A stretch of 64,000 nucleotides of DNA from Gemmatimonadota bacterium. GTDB taxonomy: Bacteria; Gemmatimonadota; Gemmatimonadetes; Palauibacterales; Palauibacteraceae. The notes under the pieces are model-generated. The model was not told where the DNA came from. It did no database searches and was given only the letters and a program-made list of their open reading frames with translations. The stretch spans positions 14,447 to 78,446 of the forward strand of contig JBDHAC010000004.1 of the NCBI GenBank assembly GCA_039588275.1, given 5' to 3'. The translations under genes were made by a program, and so were the position numbers. Position 1 is the first letter of the stretch, and every line of letters begins with the position of its first letter. Shown here in pieces: positions 1-8,604 of this stretch.

Positions 1-84
1 GGCAGGGAACAGCTTGCGGCGGGTGAGATCGCCCGTGCCCCCGAGGATCACGAACAGGTGGGGCTCGACGCGATACCCGCTCAT
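1..84 (-). CDS. zwf: Glucose-6-phosphate 1-dehydrogenase, N-terminal fragment (runs off window start)
   Basis: Manual translation from ATG at 84: MSGYRVEPHLFVILGGTGDLTRRKLFPA, the G6PD GxxGDLxxRKLxPA motif; lies directly downstream of gnd. Confidence 0.9.
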   Translation of the reverse strand, partial: MSGYRVEPHLFVILGGTGDLTRRKLFPA

Positions 85-111
85 GCCCGATCCCTCCGGG
101 GCATTGGCCCG

Positions 112-1020
112 TCAGTCATCGCGGCGCACGGCGTGTCCGCCGAACTGGTTGCGAAGCGCGGCCAACATGCGGTCCGCGTATGACTCTTCATCGCGAGAGC
201 GAAGGCGCGCGAGCAGGGCCAGCGTGATCACCGGTGCCGGCACATCCTGCTCGATGGCCTCGGCCACGGTCCAGCGACCCTCGCCCGAATCGGACACCCA
301 GGGTGCGATCTCGGCCAGCTCTTGGTCCCCCGCCAGCGCGCGCGCAGCGAGATCCAACAACCAGGAGCGCACCACGGACCCGTGCCGCCAGATCTCCGCG
401 ACCTGGTGCAGGTCGAGCTGGAACTCGGTCTTGTGCTTGAGGATCGAGAACCCCTCCGCGAACGCCTGCATCATCCCGTACTCGATTCCGTTGTGCACCA
501 TCTTCACGTAGTGGCCGGCGCCGCTCGGTCCCACGTAGCCCCACCCGCGGTCGGGTGCGGGGGCCAGGGTCTCGAAGATCGGCCGGAGGCGCTCGGCGGC
601 GTCCGGATCGCCTCCCACCATGAGCGAGTAGCCCTCGGCGAGGCCCCACACGCCGCCACTCGTCCCGACGTCGATCAGCTGCAGGCCGTGCTCGGCCAGC
701 GCCTGCGCGCGGCGCAGCGTGTCCTTGTAGTTGGAGTTTCCACCCTCGATGATCACATCCCCGGCGCTCAGGTGCGGAGCCAAGGCCTCGATCGTCGCGT
801 CGGTCGGCGGCCCCGACGGCACCATGATCCACATGACGCGTGGTGTCTCCAGCTGGCCGGCCACGTCCTCCGCCGAGCCGGCGCCGATGGCCCCGTTCTC
901 GACAGCTCGCGCCACTGCCTCCTCGCGGAGGTCGTAGGCGACGACCTCGTGACCGCCCTTCAGGAGCCGTTCGGTCATATTGGCCCCCATCTTCCCGAGG
1001 CCGACCATCGCGAGCTTCAT
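112..1020 (-). CDS. gnd: 6-phosphogluconate dehydrogenase (decarboxylating), short YqeC-type
   Basis: GLGKMG Rossmann motif; GTSGG, KMVHNGIEYG, DSGEGRW and LRNQFGGH motifs. Confidence 0.95.
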   Translation of the reverse strand: MKLAMVGLGKMGANMTERLLKGGHEVVAYDLREEAVARAVENGAIGAGSAEDVAGQLETPRVMWIMVPSGPPTDATIEALAPHLSAGDVIIEGGNSNYKDTLRRAQALAEHGLQLIDVGTSGGVWGLAEGYSLMVGGDPDAAERLRPIFETLAPAPDRGWGYVGPSGAGHYVKMVHNGIEYGMMQAFAEGFSILKHKTEFQLDLHQVAEIWRHGSVVRSWLLDLAARALAGDQELAEIAPWVSDSGEGRWTVAEAIEQDVPAPVITLALLARLRSRDEESYADRMLAALRNQFGGHAVRRDD

Positions 1021-2762
1021 GCAGTCTCTCCGTGCGTGTCCGCGTAGTTGTCGACGAGCTGAAGGAGTCGGTGCAGCCCGATCTCGGAGGGGCCGAGACG
1101 GATGCTCAGGACGCGTCGTCCGCGCTGGGACAGCGCGCCCAGGTCGCCATCCGCCTGGGCTCGGATCAGCTGCCCGAACGTGAAGTCCCGCTCGGGGACG
1201 GCGAGGTGGCTGGCGGCATCATCCACGAGTTGGAGGAAGACGCCGTTGTTCGCGCCGCCCTTGTGCAGCTGCCCTGTCGAGTGGAGGAAGCGAGGGCCGT
1301 ACCCCAGGGTTGTCGCCGCACCGGTCGCGCCCGTGAGTGCCTCCCTGAGGGTTTGGAGTGTCTCGAGCTCTTCCTCGCTCCCGCCCGCCGTGTAGACCTG
1401 GATCCCCACGTAATCACCGGGCCCCGACTGCTCCAGGAAGTGGTCGAGGCGCGCCTGCAGCTCCTCGACGTCGACGCTCGCGGGGAGCGCGGAGCCCGCG
1501 TGTCCCCAGGGCGGCGTGTCCCACGCGAGGTCCAGCTCGACCTCTTCTTCGTCAGCGCCCTCGTAGATGTCCTCGCCCGCCATGGCGCGTTGGGCGAGCT
1601 CCTTGGCCACCTGCACATCGGGCTGGTTGAAGGGGTGGATGCCGAGCGCCGAACCGGCCATTGCGACGGCGATCTCCCAGATGAGGAACAGGCCCCCGAT
1701 CTGTTCGGGCGCGTCCAACTCGACTCGGATTACGGCGTGACCGGCCGCCTCGAGCGCCTCCAGGCGCTCCGGCGCGTCGTCGTCCTCGCCCCATTCGCCG
1801 GCTGCCGCCACGGCCTCGGGGGAATCGAGCAACCCGACGAAGACGCGATCACTCCCGTAGTCGGCGGGATCGAACGCCGGCTCGTGCGTGATCGGCACGA
1901 TGCCCACCCCGTCCTTCCCGGTGCTCTCGGCGATGAGCTGCTCCGCCCAGTCCGGGAACGCGCTCCAGACGGGGCTCGTCACGAACGTCACCTTGTCACG
2001 CCCCGCGCGGGTCATCTCTGCCAGCGCCGCCCCGAGCTGAAAACCGGGGTTGTGCTCGATGCTCTCCACGCAAGCGTCGGCGGCCCGAGTCGCACGTTCG
2101 AGGAGCATGGCCGGGTCGATCCCCATCAGCGCGGCGGGCACGAGCCCGAACGCGCTCAGGGCCGAGAAGCGGCCACCCACATCCGGGGGTGCCTCGAAGA
2201 CGCGCCGGAAGCCCCGCTCGCGGGCCAGCTCGACCAGCGAGCTGCCAGGGTCCGTGATCGCGATGAAATGATCGCCTGGCGATTCCACGACCTCCTGCGT
2301 GCGGGACCAGAAGTGGTGGAAGAGTGACAGCGTCTCGAGCGTCGTCCCGGACTTGCTCGCCACGATGAAGATCGCGTTCGCCGGGTTGAGCCAGTCGAGC
2401 TGCCCGATCGCGGTCGGGTGGGTCGTATCCAACAGGGTGAGCGGCAGCCCCTCGGCTCCCAGCGTCCGGGCCAGCACCTCCGGCGCCAGGCTCGACCCTC
2501 CCATGCCGAGGAGCACCACGTCGGAAATCCAGAACGGGACTCCGCCACGCAGCTCGGCCAGTTCAGGTACAAGACCCTGCGAGGTCTCGTGCAGGTCCAA
2601 CCACCCCAGCCGGTCCGCCAGCTCGGGCGGCGGCGGGTCGGACGCCCACAGCGTCGTGTCCTTCGTCCATAGACGATCGACGGCGTCCGCCGATTCCCAC
2701 TCCCGGAGCCGATCCTGGACCGCGTCGCGGGCCTCGCCGAGTGAAAGCTCGATATGGATCAT
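1017..2762 (-). CDS. pgi: Glucose-6-phosphate isomerase resembling the Pgi half of Tal-Pgi fusions
   Basis: GMGGS, SKSGTTLET, GGRFSALS, EQLIAESTGK, FNQPDV and PRFLHSTGQLHKGG motifs; start placed at MIHIELS (2762); ATGA overlap with gnd. Confidence 0.88.
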   Translation of the reverse strand: MIHIELSLGEARDAVQDRLREWESADAVDRLWTKDTTLWASDPPPPELADRLGWLDLHETSQGLVPELAELRGGVPFWISDVVLLGMGGSSLAPEVLARTLGAEGLPLTLLDTTHPTAIGQLDWLNPANAIFIVASKSGTTLETLSLFHHFWSRTQEVVESPGDHFIAITDPGSSLVELARERGFRRVFEAPPDVGGRFSALSAFGLVPAALMGIDPAMLLERATRAADACVESIEHNPGFQLGAALAEMTRAGRDKVTFVTSPVWSAFPDWAEQLIAESTGKDGVGIVPITHEPAFDPADYGSDRVFVGLLDSPEAVAAAGEWGEDDDAPERLEALEAAGHAVIRVELDAPEQIGGLFLIWEIAVAMAGSALGIHPFNQPDVQVAKELAQRAMAGEDIYEGADEEEVELDLAWDTPPWGHAGSALPASVDVEELQARLDHFLEQSGPGDYVGIQVYTAGGSEEELETLQTLREALTGATGAATTLGYGPRFLHSTGQLHKGGANNGVFLQLVDDAASHLAVPERDFTFGQLIRAQADGDLGALSQRGRRVLSIRLGPSEIGLHRLLQLVDNYADTHGETA

Positions 2763-2867
2763 CGCGTGATTGCGTTCAGTCGCGTGTCGGGCAGCATGGT
2801 TGATTCTCCGGATTCCGATGTCGGGGCACGGTCGAGCACCCGTCAGGTTCACGATCGGGCGATCGAA

Positions 2868-4184
2868 TCAGGACTCCGATAGAACTCGCTCGCTCGTCTC
2901 GAAGAATGCCGCCAGCTCCTCGTCCGAGGTCATCAGGTTGGGCGAGATGCGGACCGAGTTGAGGCCCTGCGTACGGAAAGGCCTGAACACGAACCCGTGT
3001 TCCAGCATGCGCGTCGAGAACTCGGTGCTCGACAGCCCCTCGAGCGAGATGGCGACCAGGCAGGCGCCCATCTCCCAGCGCTCGGGCGAGCTCCAGCCGA
3101 GACCGGGCGCGGTCTTCACGCGCTCGCGCAACTGCTCGAAGAAGTGGCGATAGCGGGCCACCTTGGCCTGGAGACCGATCGCGTCCTGAAAATCGAGCGC
3201 ATCCCCGAGCGCCAACAGCGCCGGGAGATTGCGCGTCCCGTAGTCCTCGTACACGCGGGCGCTCCCCGCCCACCGCGTTTGCCCCCAGGTCACCCACATC
3301 GCGCGCAGCTCGGCGCGCTTCTCGGGCCGCGCGTACAGGAGTCCGAGGCCCTTTGGGCACTGCACCCACTTGTGCGGACTCGCGGCGTAGAAGTCGACGC
3401 CCGCCACCTCGGCCTCGATCGGAAGCATGCCCACGGTCTGGGCCCCGTCGACGGCCACGAACTCGACGCCGCGTTCGTGCGCCGCGCTCGCCAGCTCGGC
3501 CATCGGGTGCCTCAGACCGACGATGTTGTCGACGTGCGGGAAGGCGAGAACGCGGGTCTCGGGGCGAATCTGCTCGGCGTGGAGCTGGACGACGTCCTCA
3601 GCTGTCAGACCGGGGACGCTCTCGATCGGGATGTCGAACTGCCGGACGGTATAACCGCGGGCTTCCGCGTGGTGACGGAAGCACACGCTGGCCCCGTCGT
3701 GGTTGAGCGAGCTGAACAGCACCTCGTCCCCGGGACCGAGCGGGAGCCCCTGCGCGAGCAGGTTGAACCCCTCCGTCGTGTTGTGCGTGATCGCCACGTC
3801 CGCGGCCGGGACCCCGAGCGCCGCGGCACCCTTCGCGCGCACGGCCTCGCGCGGCTCCTCCCACGCACCGCCCCACATGTACAGCCACGGGTTCGTCTCG
3901 CACACGCCCAGGTAGGCCTTGTGGGCCTCGTGCACGACGCGAGGGATGGTCCCGATCGAAGCGTGATTCAGATAGGCGACGTCGGGGGCGAGGAGGTACT
4001 CCTCCCGCATACGGGCCGCGAATCGGCCGAGCTCGCCGTCCGCGTCCAACCGGTGGGCGCCGACCGCTCCCGAGACGTCCTCGGCCGAGCTTGCCAGCGC
4101 GCGATGCGCGTCTACCAAGGGCGCGACGGCAGCCGCGCCCAACGCCCCCGAGGCCCGCTTCAGGAACTCGCGGCGGTGTGTCAT
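2868..4184 (-). CDS. Tat-exported class V PLP-dependent aminotransferase (isopenicillin N epimerase/cysteine desulfurase-like fold)
   Basis: HRREFLK twin-arginine signal; YLNHAS, NTTEG, DGAQ and SPHKW (PLP lysine) motifs. Confidence 0.85.
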   Translation of the reverse strand: MTHRREFLKRASGALGAAAVAPLVDAHRALASSAEDVSGAVGAHRLDADGELGRFAARMREEYLLAPDVAYLNHASIGTIPRVVHEAHKAYLGVCETNPWLYMWGGAWEEPREAVRAKGAAALGVPAADVAITHNTTEGFNLLAQGLPLGPGDEVLFSSLNHDGASVCFRHHAEARGYTVRQFDIPIESVPGLTAEDVVQLHAEQIRPETRVLAFPHVDNIVGLRHPMAELASAAHERGVEFVAVDGAQTVGMLPIEAEVAGVDFYAASPHKWVQCPKGLGLLYARPEKRAELRAMWVTWGQTRWAGSARVYEDYGTRNLPALLALGDALDFQDAIGLQAKVARYRHFFEQLRERVKTAPGLGWSSPERWEMGACLVAISLEGLSSTEFSTRMLEHGFVFRPFRTQGLNSVRISPNLMTSDEELAAFFETSERVLSES

Positions 4185-4744
4185 CAACCTGTCCCGGGGC
4201 CCGTCCCGCGCGCGGCCCTGTCGTCACGGTACCGTTCGATCGATGCGTTGATGAGACCGGCCGCGGCGTAGCGATCTCGCCACCCGCTGATCTTCGTCTG
4301 GATGCCCTCGAGGTCTTTGTAGATCGTGAAGAAGTGTTCCACCTCGCGGAGGAAGTGGGGCGGGACATCCTCCAGCGCTTTCGAGTGGTCGTGCAGGGGA
4401 TCGCGGAGCGGCACGGCGAGGATCTTCTCGTCCACACCCGCCTGGTCTTCCATCTCGAACACGCCCAGTGGGCGCACCTCGATCAGACAGCCGGGGAACG
4501 TAGGCTCGCTGACCATCACGAGCACATCCATCGGGTCGCCGTCGTCCGCCAACGTCTGCGGGATGAACCCGTAGTCCGCCGGATAGAAAACGGCGCTGTA
4601 CAGGAGCCGGTCGAAGCGGATCAGGCCGGTCTCCTTGTCCAGCTCGTACTTGTTCCGCGAGCCGCGCGGGATCTCGACGAAGACGTTGAGCTCGTCGGGG
4701 GGGTTCGGGCCCGTGGGCAAGTCGTGCAGCGGGTTCAGCGCCAT
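4184..4744 (-). CDS. ppa: Family I inorganic pyrophosphatase
   Basis: EIPRGSRNKYE, YPADYGFIPQT, DGDPMD and HFFTIYKDLE motifs. Confidence 0.95.
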   Translation of the reverse strand: MALNPLHDLPTGPNPPDELNVFVEIPRGSRNKYELDKETGLIRFDRLLYSAVFYPADYGFIPQTLADDGDPMDVLVMVSEPTFPGCLIEVRPLGVFEMEDQAGVDEKILAVPLRDPLHDHSKALEDVPPHFLREVEHFFTIYKDLEGIQTKISGWRDRYAAAGLINASIERYRDDRAARGTGPGTG

Positions 4745-4785
4745 ATCGGCCCTCCGGGGCTCACGTCGAGGATTCCGTTCGCCGG

Positions 4786-6453
4786 TCAGAAGAGGCCGAC
4801 GACCTTCCCGTCTTCGAGGATCTGCATCCCCTCGGCCGCCGGTACCCTGGGCAGCCCGGGCATGATCATGACCGTACCAGTCCGCGCCACCACGAACCCC
4901 GCGCCGGAGGAGGGCCGCAGCTCCTGCACGGTGATCCGGAATCCCTCGGGGCGGCCGAGAACGGCCGGGTCGTCGGTCAGGCTGTTCGGCGTCTTGGCGA
5001 TGCAGACCGGTAATCCACCGAGCCCGATCGACTCGAGCTGCTTGAGGTCCTTCTGCGCGGGCTTCGTGTAGTCCACGCCGTCGGCCCCGTAGACCTGTGT
5101 CGCTATCGTCTCGATCTTCTCCGAGAGCGAGGCCTCCAGGGAGTAGAGCGGCGCGTAGTCGCTCTCGCGGGCCTCGAGGGCGTCGAGGACGGCGCGCGCG
5201 AGATCCTCGCTGCCTTCACCGCCGCGGGCATGCCCTTCCCAGCGGGCGGAGCGCACCCCGAGCGCCTCGCACGCTTCCGCCATCACGGTCAGCTCCTCCT
5301 CCGAGTCCGTGGCGAACACGTTCAGCGCCACCACCGGTGTCACACCGAATCTCCGCAGGTTCTCGACGTGCTTCTCGAGGTTGGGGGTGCCTCTGCGTAC
5401 CGCCTCCGGATCCGGCTCGGTCAACGCGTCCCTGGAACCACCGCCGTGCAGCTTCAGCGCCCGTGTCGTGGCGATCAGCACGACCGCCTCCGGGCGCAGG
5501 CCACCGACGCGGCACTTGATGTCGAAGAACTTCTCGGCGCCGAGATCCGATCCGAACCCGGCCTCGGTCACGACCACATCGCCGAACGCGATCCCGGCCC
5601 GTGTCGCCATCAACGAGTTGCACCCGTGCGCGATGTTGGCGAACGGACCGCCGTGCACGAACGCGGGCGTCCCCTCGAGCGTCTGCACCAGGTTCGGGGA
5701 CAGGGCCTCGCGCAGGAGGAGCGTCATCGCGCCGCTCACGTTGAGCGATTCCGCGTACACCGGCTCACCCGACGACGTGTAGCCGAGGAGGATGTTGCCG
5801 AGCCGATTCTGCAGGTCCTCGAGGCTCGAGGCCAGGCAGAAGATCGCCATCACCTCCGATGCGGCGGTGATCATGAAGCCGTCCTCGCGCGGGACGCCGT
5901 TGATGCGCCCGCCGAGCCCGAGCACGATGAAGCGCAACGCCCGGTCGTTCATGTCCACGGCTCGCCTCCAGCTGATCTGCCGGGGGTCGAGGCGGAGCGT
6001 GTTCCCCTGGTGCAGGTGATTGTCGAGGGCCGCCGAGAGGAGCGCGTGGGCCGATGTGATGGCGTGCAGATCGCCGGTGAAGTGCAGGTTGATGTCGGCC
6101 ATCGGGATGACCTGCGAGTACCCGCCCCCGGCCGCGCCGCCCTTGATCCCGAACACCGGGCCGAGGCTCGGCTCGCGAAGGGCCAGGACGCTCTTCGTCC
6201 CGATGCGGCGTAGCCCATCGGCCAGTCCCACCGCGACCGTGGTCTTTCCTTCGCCCGCAGCCGTCGGGGTGATCCCCGTCACCAACACGAGTCGCCCGGA
6301 GCCCGGCTCGCTCTCGATGATGGTCTCGGGACGGATCTTTGCCTTGAAGTGACCGTAGGGCTCCAGGTCCTCCGGCGAGAGGCCCAGCGAGGCGGCGATT
6401 TCCGTGATCGGGCGCGGGGTCGCGGCCTGCGCGATCTCGACGTCCGTTAACAT
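4786..6453 (-). CDS. fhs: Formate--tetrahydrofolate ligase
   Basis: TPTAAGEGKTT, GIKGGAAGGGYSQV, HGGPFANIAHG and TEAGFG motifs; ATG at 6453 with GGAGGGG SD. Confidence 0.97.
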   Translation of the reverse strand: MLTDVEIAQAATPRPITEIAASLGLSPEDLEPYGHFKAKIRPETIIESEPGSGRLVLVTGITPTAAGEGKTTVAVGLADGLRRIGTKSVLALREPSLGPVFGIKGGAAGGGYSQVIPMADINLHFTGDLHAITSAHALLSAALDNHLHQGNTLRLDPRQISWRRAVDMNDRALRFIVLGLGGRINGVPREDGFMITAASEVMAIFCLASSLEDLQNRLGNILLGYTSSGEPVYAESLNVSGAMTLLLREALSPNLVQTLEGTPAFVHGGPFANIAHGCNSLMATRAGIAFGDVVVTEAGFGSDLGAEKFFDIKCRVGGLRPEAVVLIATTRALKLHGGGSRDALTEPDPEAVRRGTPNLEKHVENLRRFGVTPVVALNVFATDSEEELTVMAEACEALGVRSARWEGHARGGEGSEDLARAVLDALEARESDYAPLYSLEASLSEKIETIATQVYGADGVDYTKPAQKDLKQLESIGLGGLPVCIAKTPNSLTDDPAVLGRPEGFRITVQELRPSSGAGFVVARTGTVMIMPGLPRVPAAEGMQILEDGKVVGLF

Positions 6454-6641
6454 ATCTATACCCCTCCGTTCTGAGGGTCTTCGACCTGTTCTGGCCACGA
6501 TGACCCGCGGGCGGATCGGCGCGGGTGACCGGGGTTTTCAGGCTATCGACGGTGCACGCGACAGCCTGGTCCGTGAAGGACTCTACGACTCTTTGCGCCG
6601 CTGCAAAACCCGGCGCGAGACATCGTGACGAAACGGTGATG

Positions 6642-8336
6642 CTACGTCGAGGGCGCGGCCTCACCGGGCGGGCCGAGCCGGCTCAGGATGGCACCGATCA
6701 GGACCACCGAAACGGCCCCGACCACGTTGTACCACAGCCACGAGACATCAGTCAGCCCCCAGACGAGGAAGACCGAAGCCAGTCCGGAGAGGAGCCCGAC
6801 GAAAGCGGCGGTGGCGGTAGCCCCCGGCACCAGAAACGCCAGCAGGAAGACGCCGAGCATGGAGCCGTAGAACAGCGAGCCCACCTCGTTGACCGCCTCG
6901 ATCAGCGAACCCAGCTGGCCCGCGTACAGCGCGAAGGCCATCGCGAACAGTCCCCAGGCCAGGGTCACGAGACGCGATACCCACAGATAGTGGGCGTCCG
7001 CGGCGTCGGGCTTGAAGTACCGCCTGTAGAAATCGATCACCGTCGCGCTCGAAAGGGCGGTGAGCTCCGAATCGAGCGAGGACATCGCGGCCGCGAAGAT
7101 GACCGCGATCAAGAGCCCCAGAATGCCCGCCGGCACGTACGTGATCAGATAGGAGGGGAAGACGTAGTTCACGTCGTTGGAAGAGGCTCCGCGCACGTCC
7201 GAGATGAGCTCCTTCGATTCGTCCCTCAGCCGCCCGAGCTCCTCGTCGTACGCGGCGATCTGCCCTCGCAGAGCGGTCAGATCGCCCCCGGACTCCCGGG
7301 CATCGAGCAGCTCGAGCGTGGCCTGCCGCCGCAGATCGTGGGTTGTCGCGTGCGCTGCCTCGAGCTGCTGGAACTCCCCCGCGCGCGGGCTCTCCTGCAC
7401 GACCGCGACCTCGGCCGCGTTGAACACCAGCGGCGGACGCTCGAAGTGGTAGAACACGTACAAGAGGACCCCGATCGACAGGATGAAGACCTGCATCGGG
7501 ACCTTCACGAACGCGTTGAAGATGAGCGACAGACGCGACTGCTTGAGAGAGCTGGCCGTCAGGTAGCGCTGCACCTGGCTCTGGTCGGTTCCGAAGTACG
7601 CCAGCGCGAGGAACAGTCCGCCGATCAGCCCCGACCAGACCGTGTAGGTGTTCGTCGGGTCCCACGACAGGTCGATGCTCGTCCACATCTGCCGGATGCC
7701 GCCGATATAGGCGACGTCGGTGACACCGACGCTCGCGGGCAGGGTCGTGAACAGCACCACCAGCGCGATCCCGATCCCCGCGAACATCATCAGCATCTGG
7801 ATCACGTCGGTCCAGATCACCGCGGTGATCCCGCCCATGATCGTGTACGCGATCGTGACCGCGGCCATGATGAGGATGGTGATCGTCTCGTCCCAACCCA
7901 TGATGACCGACAGCACGATGGCGGGCGCGTACAGCACGATCCCCGCGGCCAGCCCCCTCGAAAGCAGGAACAGGAAGCTGGTGAGCGAGCGTGTCTTGGC
8001 GTCGAAGCGCCGCTCCAGGTACTCGTACGCCGTGAACACCCGCGCGCGGTAGAAAAACGGCACGAAGATCACGCACAGGAGCACCATCGCGATGGGCTGA
8101 GCCAGGTAGACCTGGACGAACTCCATGCCGTCATCGAATGCCTGCCCGGTGGTGCCGATGTAGGTGATCGCGCTCGCCTGCGTCGCCATCACCGACAGAC
8201 CGATGGCTCCCCAGTGCAAACGCCGGTTTGCGAGGAAAAAGCCCTCGACTCCCACGTTCTTGCGGCTCTGGTAGTACGCGAACACCAGCACGCCCCCGAA
8301 GTAGAGCGCGAAGACGAGCCAGTCGGAAACCGTCAT
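6642..8336 (-). CDS. Sodium:solute symporter (SSS family)
   Basis: Many TM helices; TAYEYLERRF, GGITAVIWTD, GTDQSQVQRYL and AAAMSS motifs. Confidence 0.93.
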   Translation of the reverse strand: MTVSDWLVFALYFGGVLVFAYYQSRKNVGVEGFFLANRRLHWGAIGLSVMATQASAITYIGTTGQAFDDGMEFVQVYLAQPIAMVLLCVIFVPFFYRARVFTAYEYLERRFDAKTRSLTSFLFLLSRGLAAGIVLYAPAIVLSVIMGWDETITILIMAAVTIAYTIMGGITAVIWTDVIQMLMMFAGIGIALVVLFTTLPASVGVTDVAYIGGIRQMWTSIDLSWDPTNTYTVWSGLIGGLFLALAYFGTDQSQVQRYLTASSLKQSRLSLIFNAFVKVPMQVFILSIGVLLYVFYHFERPPLVFNAAEVAVVQESPRAGEFQQLEAAHATTHDLRRQATLELLDARESGGDLTALRGQIAAYDEELGRLRDESKELISDVRGASSNDVNYVFPSYLITYVPAGILGLLIAVIFAAAMSSLDSELTALSSATVIDFYRRYFKPDAADAHYLWVSRLVTLAWGLFAMAFALYAGQLGSLIEAVNEVGSLFYGSMLGVFLLAFLVPGATATAAFVGLLSGLASVFLVWGLTDVSWLWYNVVGAVSVVLIGAILSRLGPPGEAAPST

Positions 8337-8367
8337 CCGGCCAGTCGTGCCAAGGGAGCCGGTCGCA

Positions 8368-8604
8368 TCAGGAGCTGAAGTCGAGGAGACGCGTGAAGAC
8401 GTAAAGGAGGACGGTGAGCGCCGCCGTATACAGGACCACGGTCACGTACAGGGCTCGCCAGCTTCCGAAAATCCCGATCTGCCCATCCTCCTCGCCCGGG
8501 TGCTCGCCCTCGATGTGAGGCGCGGACTGCCCGGGCGAGGGTCGTGCCGGCTCTGGCATCTCCCCCGGCGTGGGCCGGCGGGGTGGGCCTTCGGCCGGCG
8601 TCAT
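8368..8604 (-). CDS. Small single-TM membrane protein (78 aa), probable SSS partner
   Basis: ATG at 8604 overlaps the PIG-L stop (ATGA); C-terminal TM WRALYVTVVLYTAALTVLLYVFT. Confidence 0.65.
   Translation of the reverse strand: MTPAEGPPRRPTPGEMPEPARPSPGQSAPHIEGEHPGEEDGQIGIFGSWRALYVTVVLYTAALTVLLYVFTRLLDFSS

Noticed and set aside
6454-6640. ZMP/ZTP or THF riboswitch before fhs
   Set aside because: The diagnostic conserved segments are not visible, so it is kept only as an unexplained hairpin.
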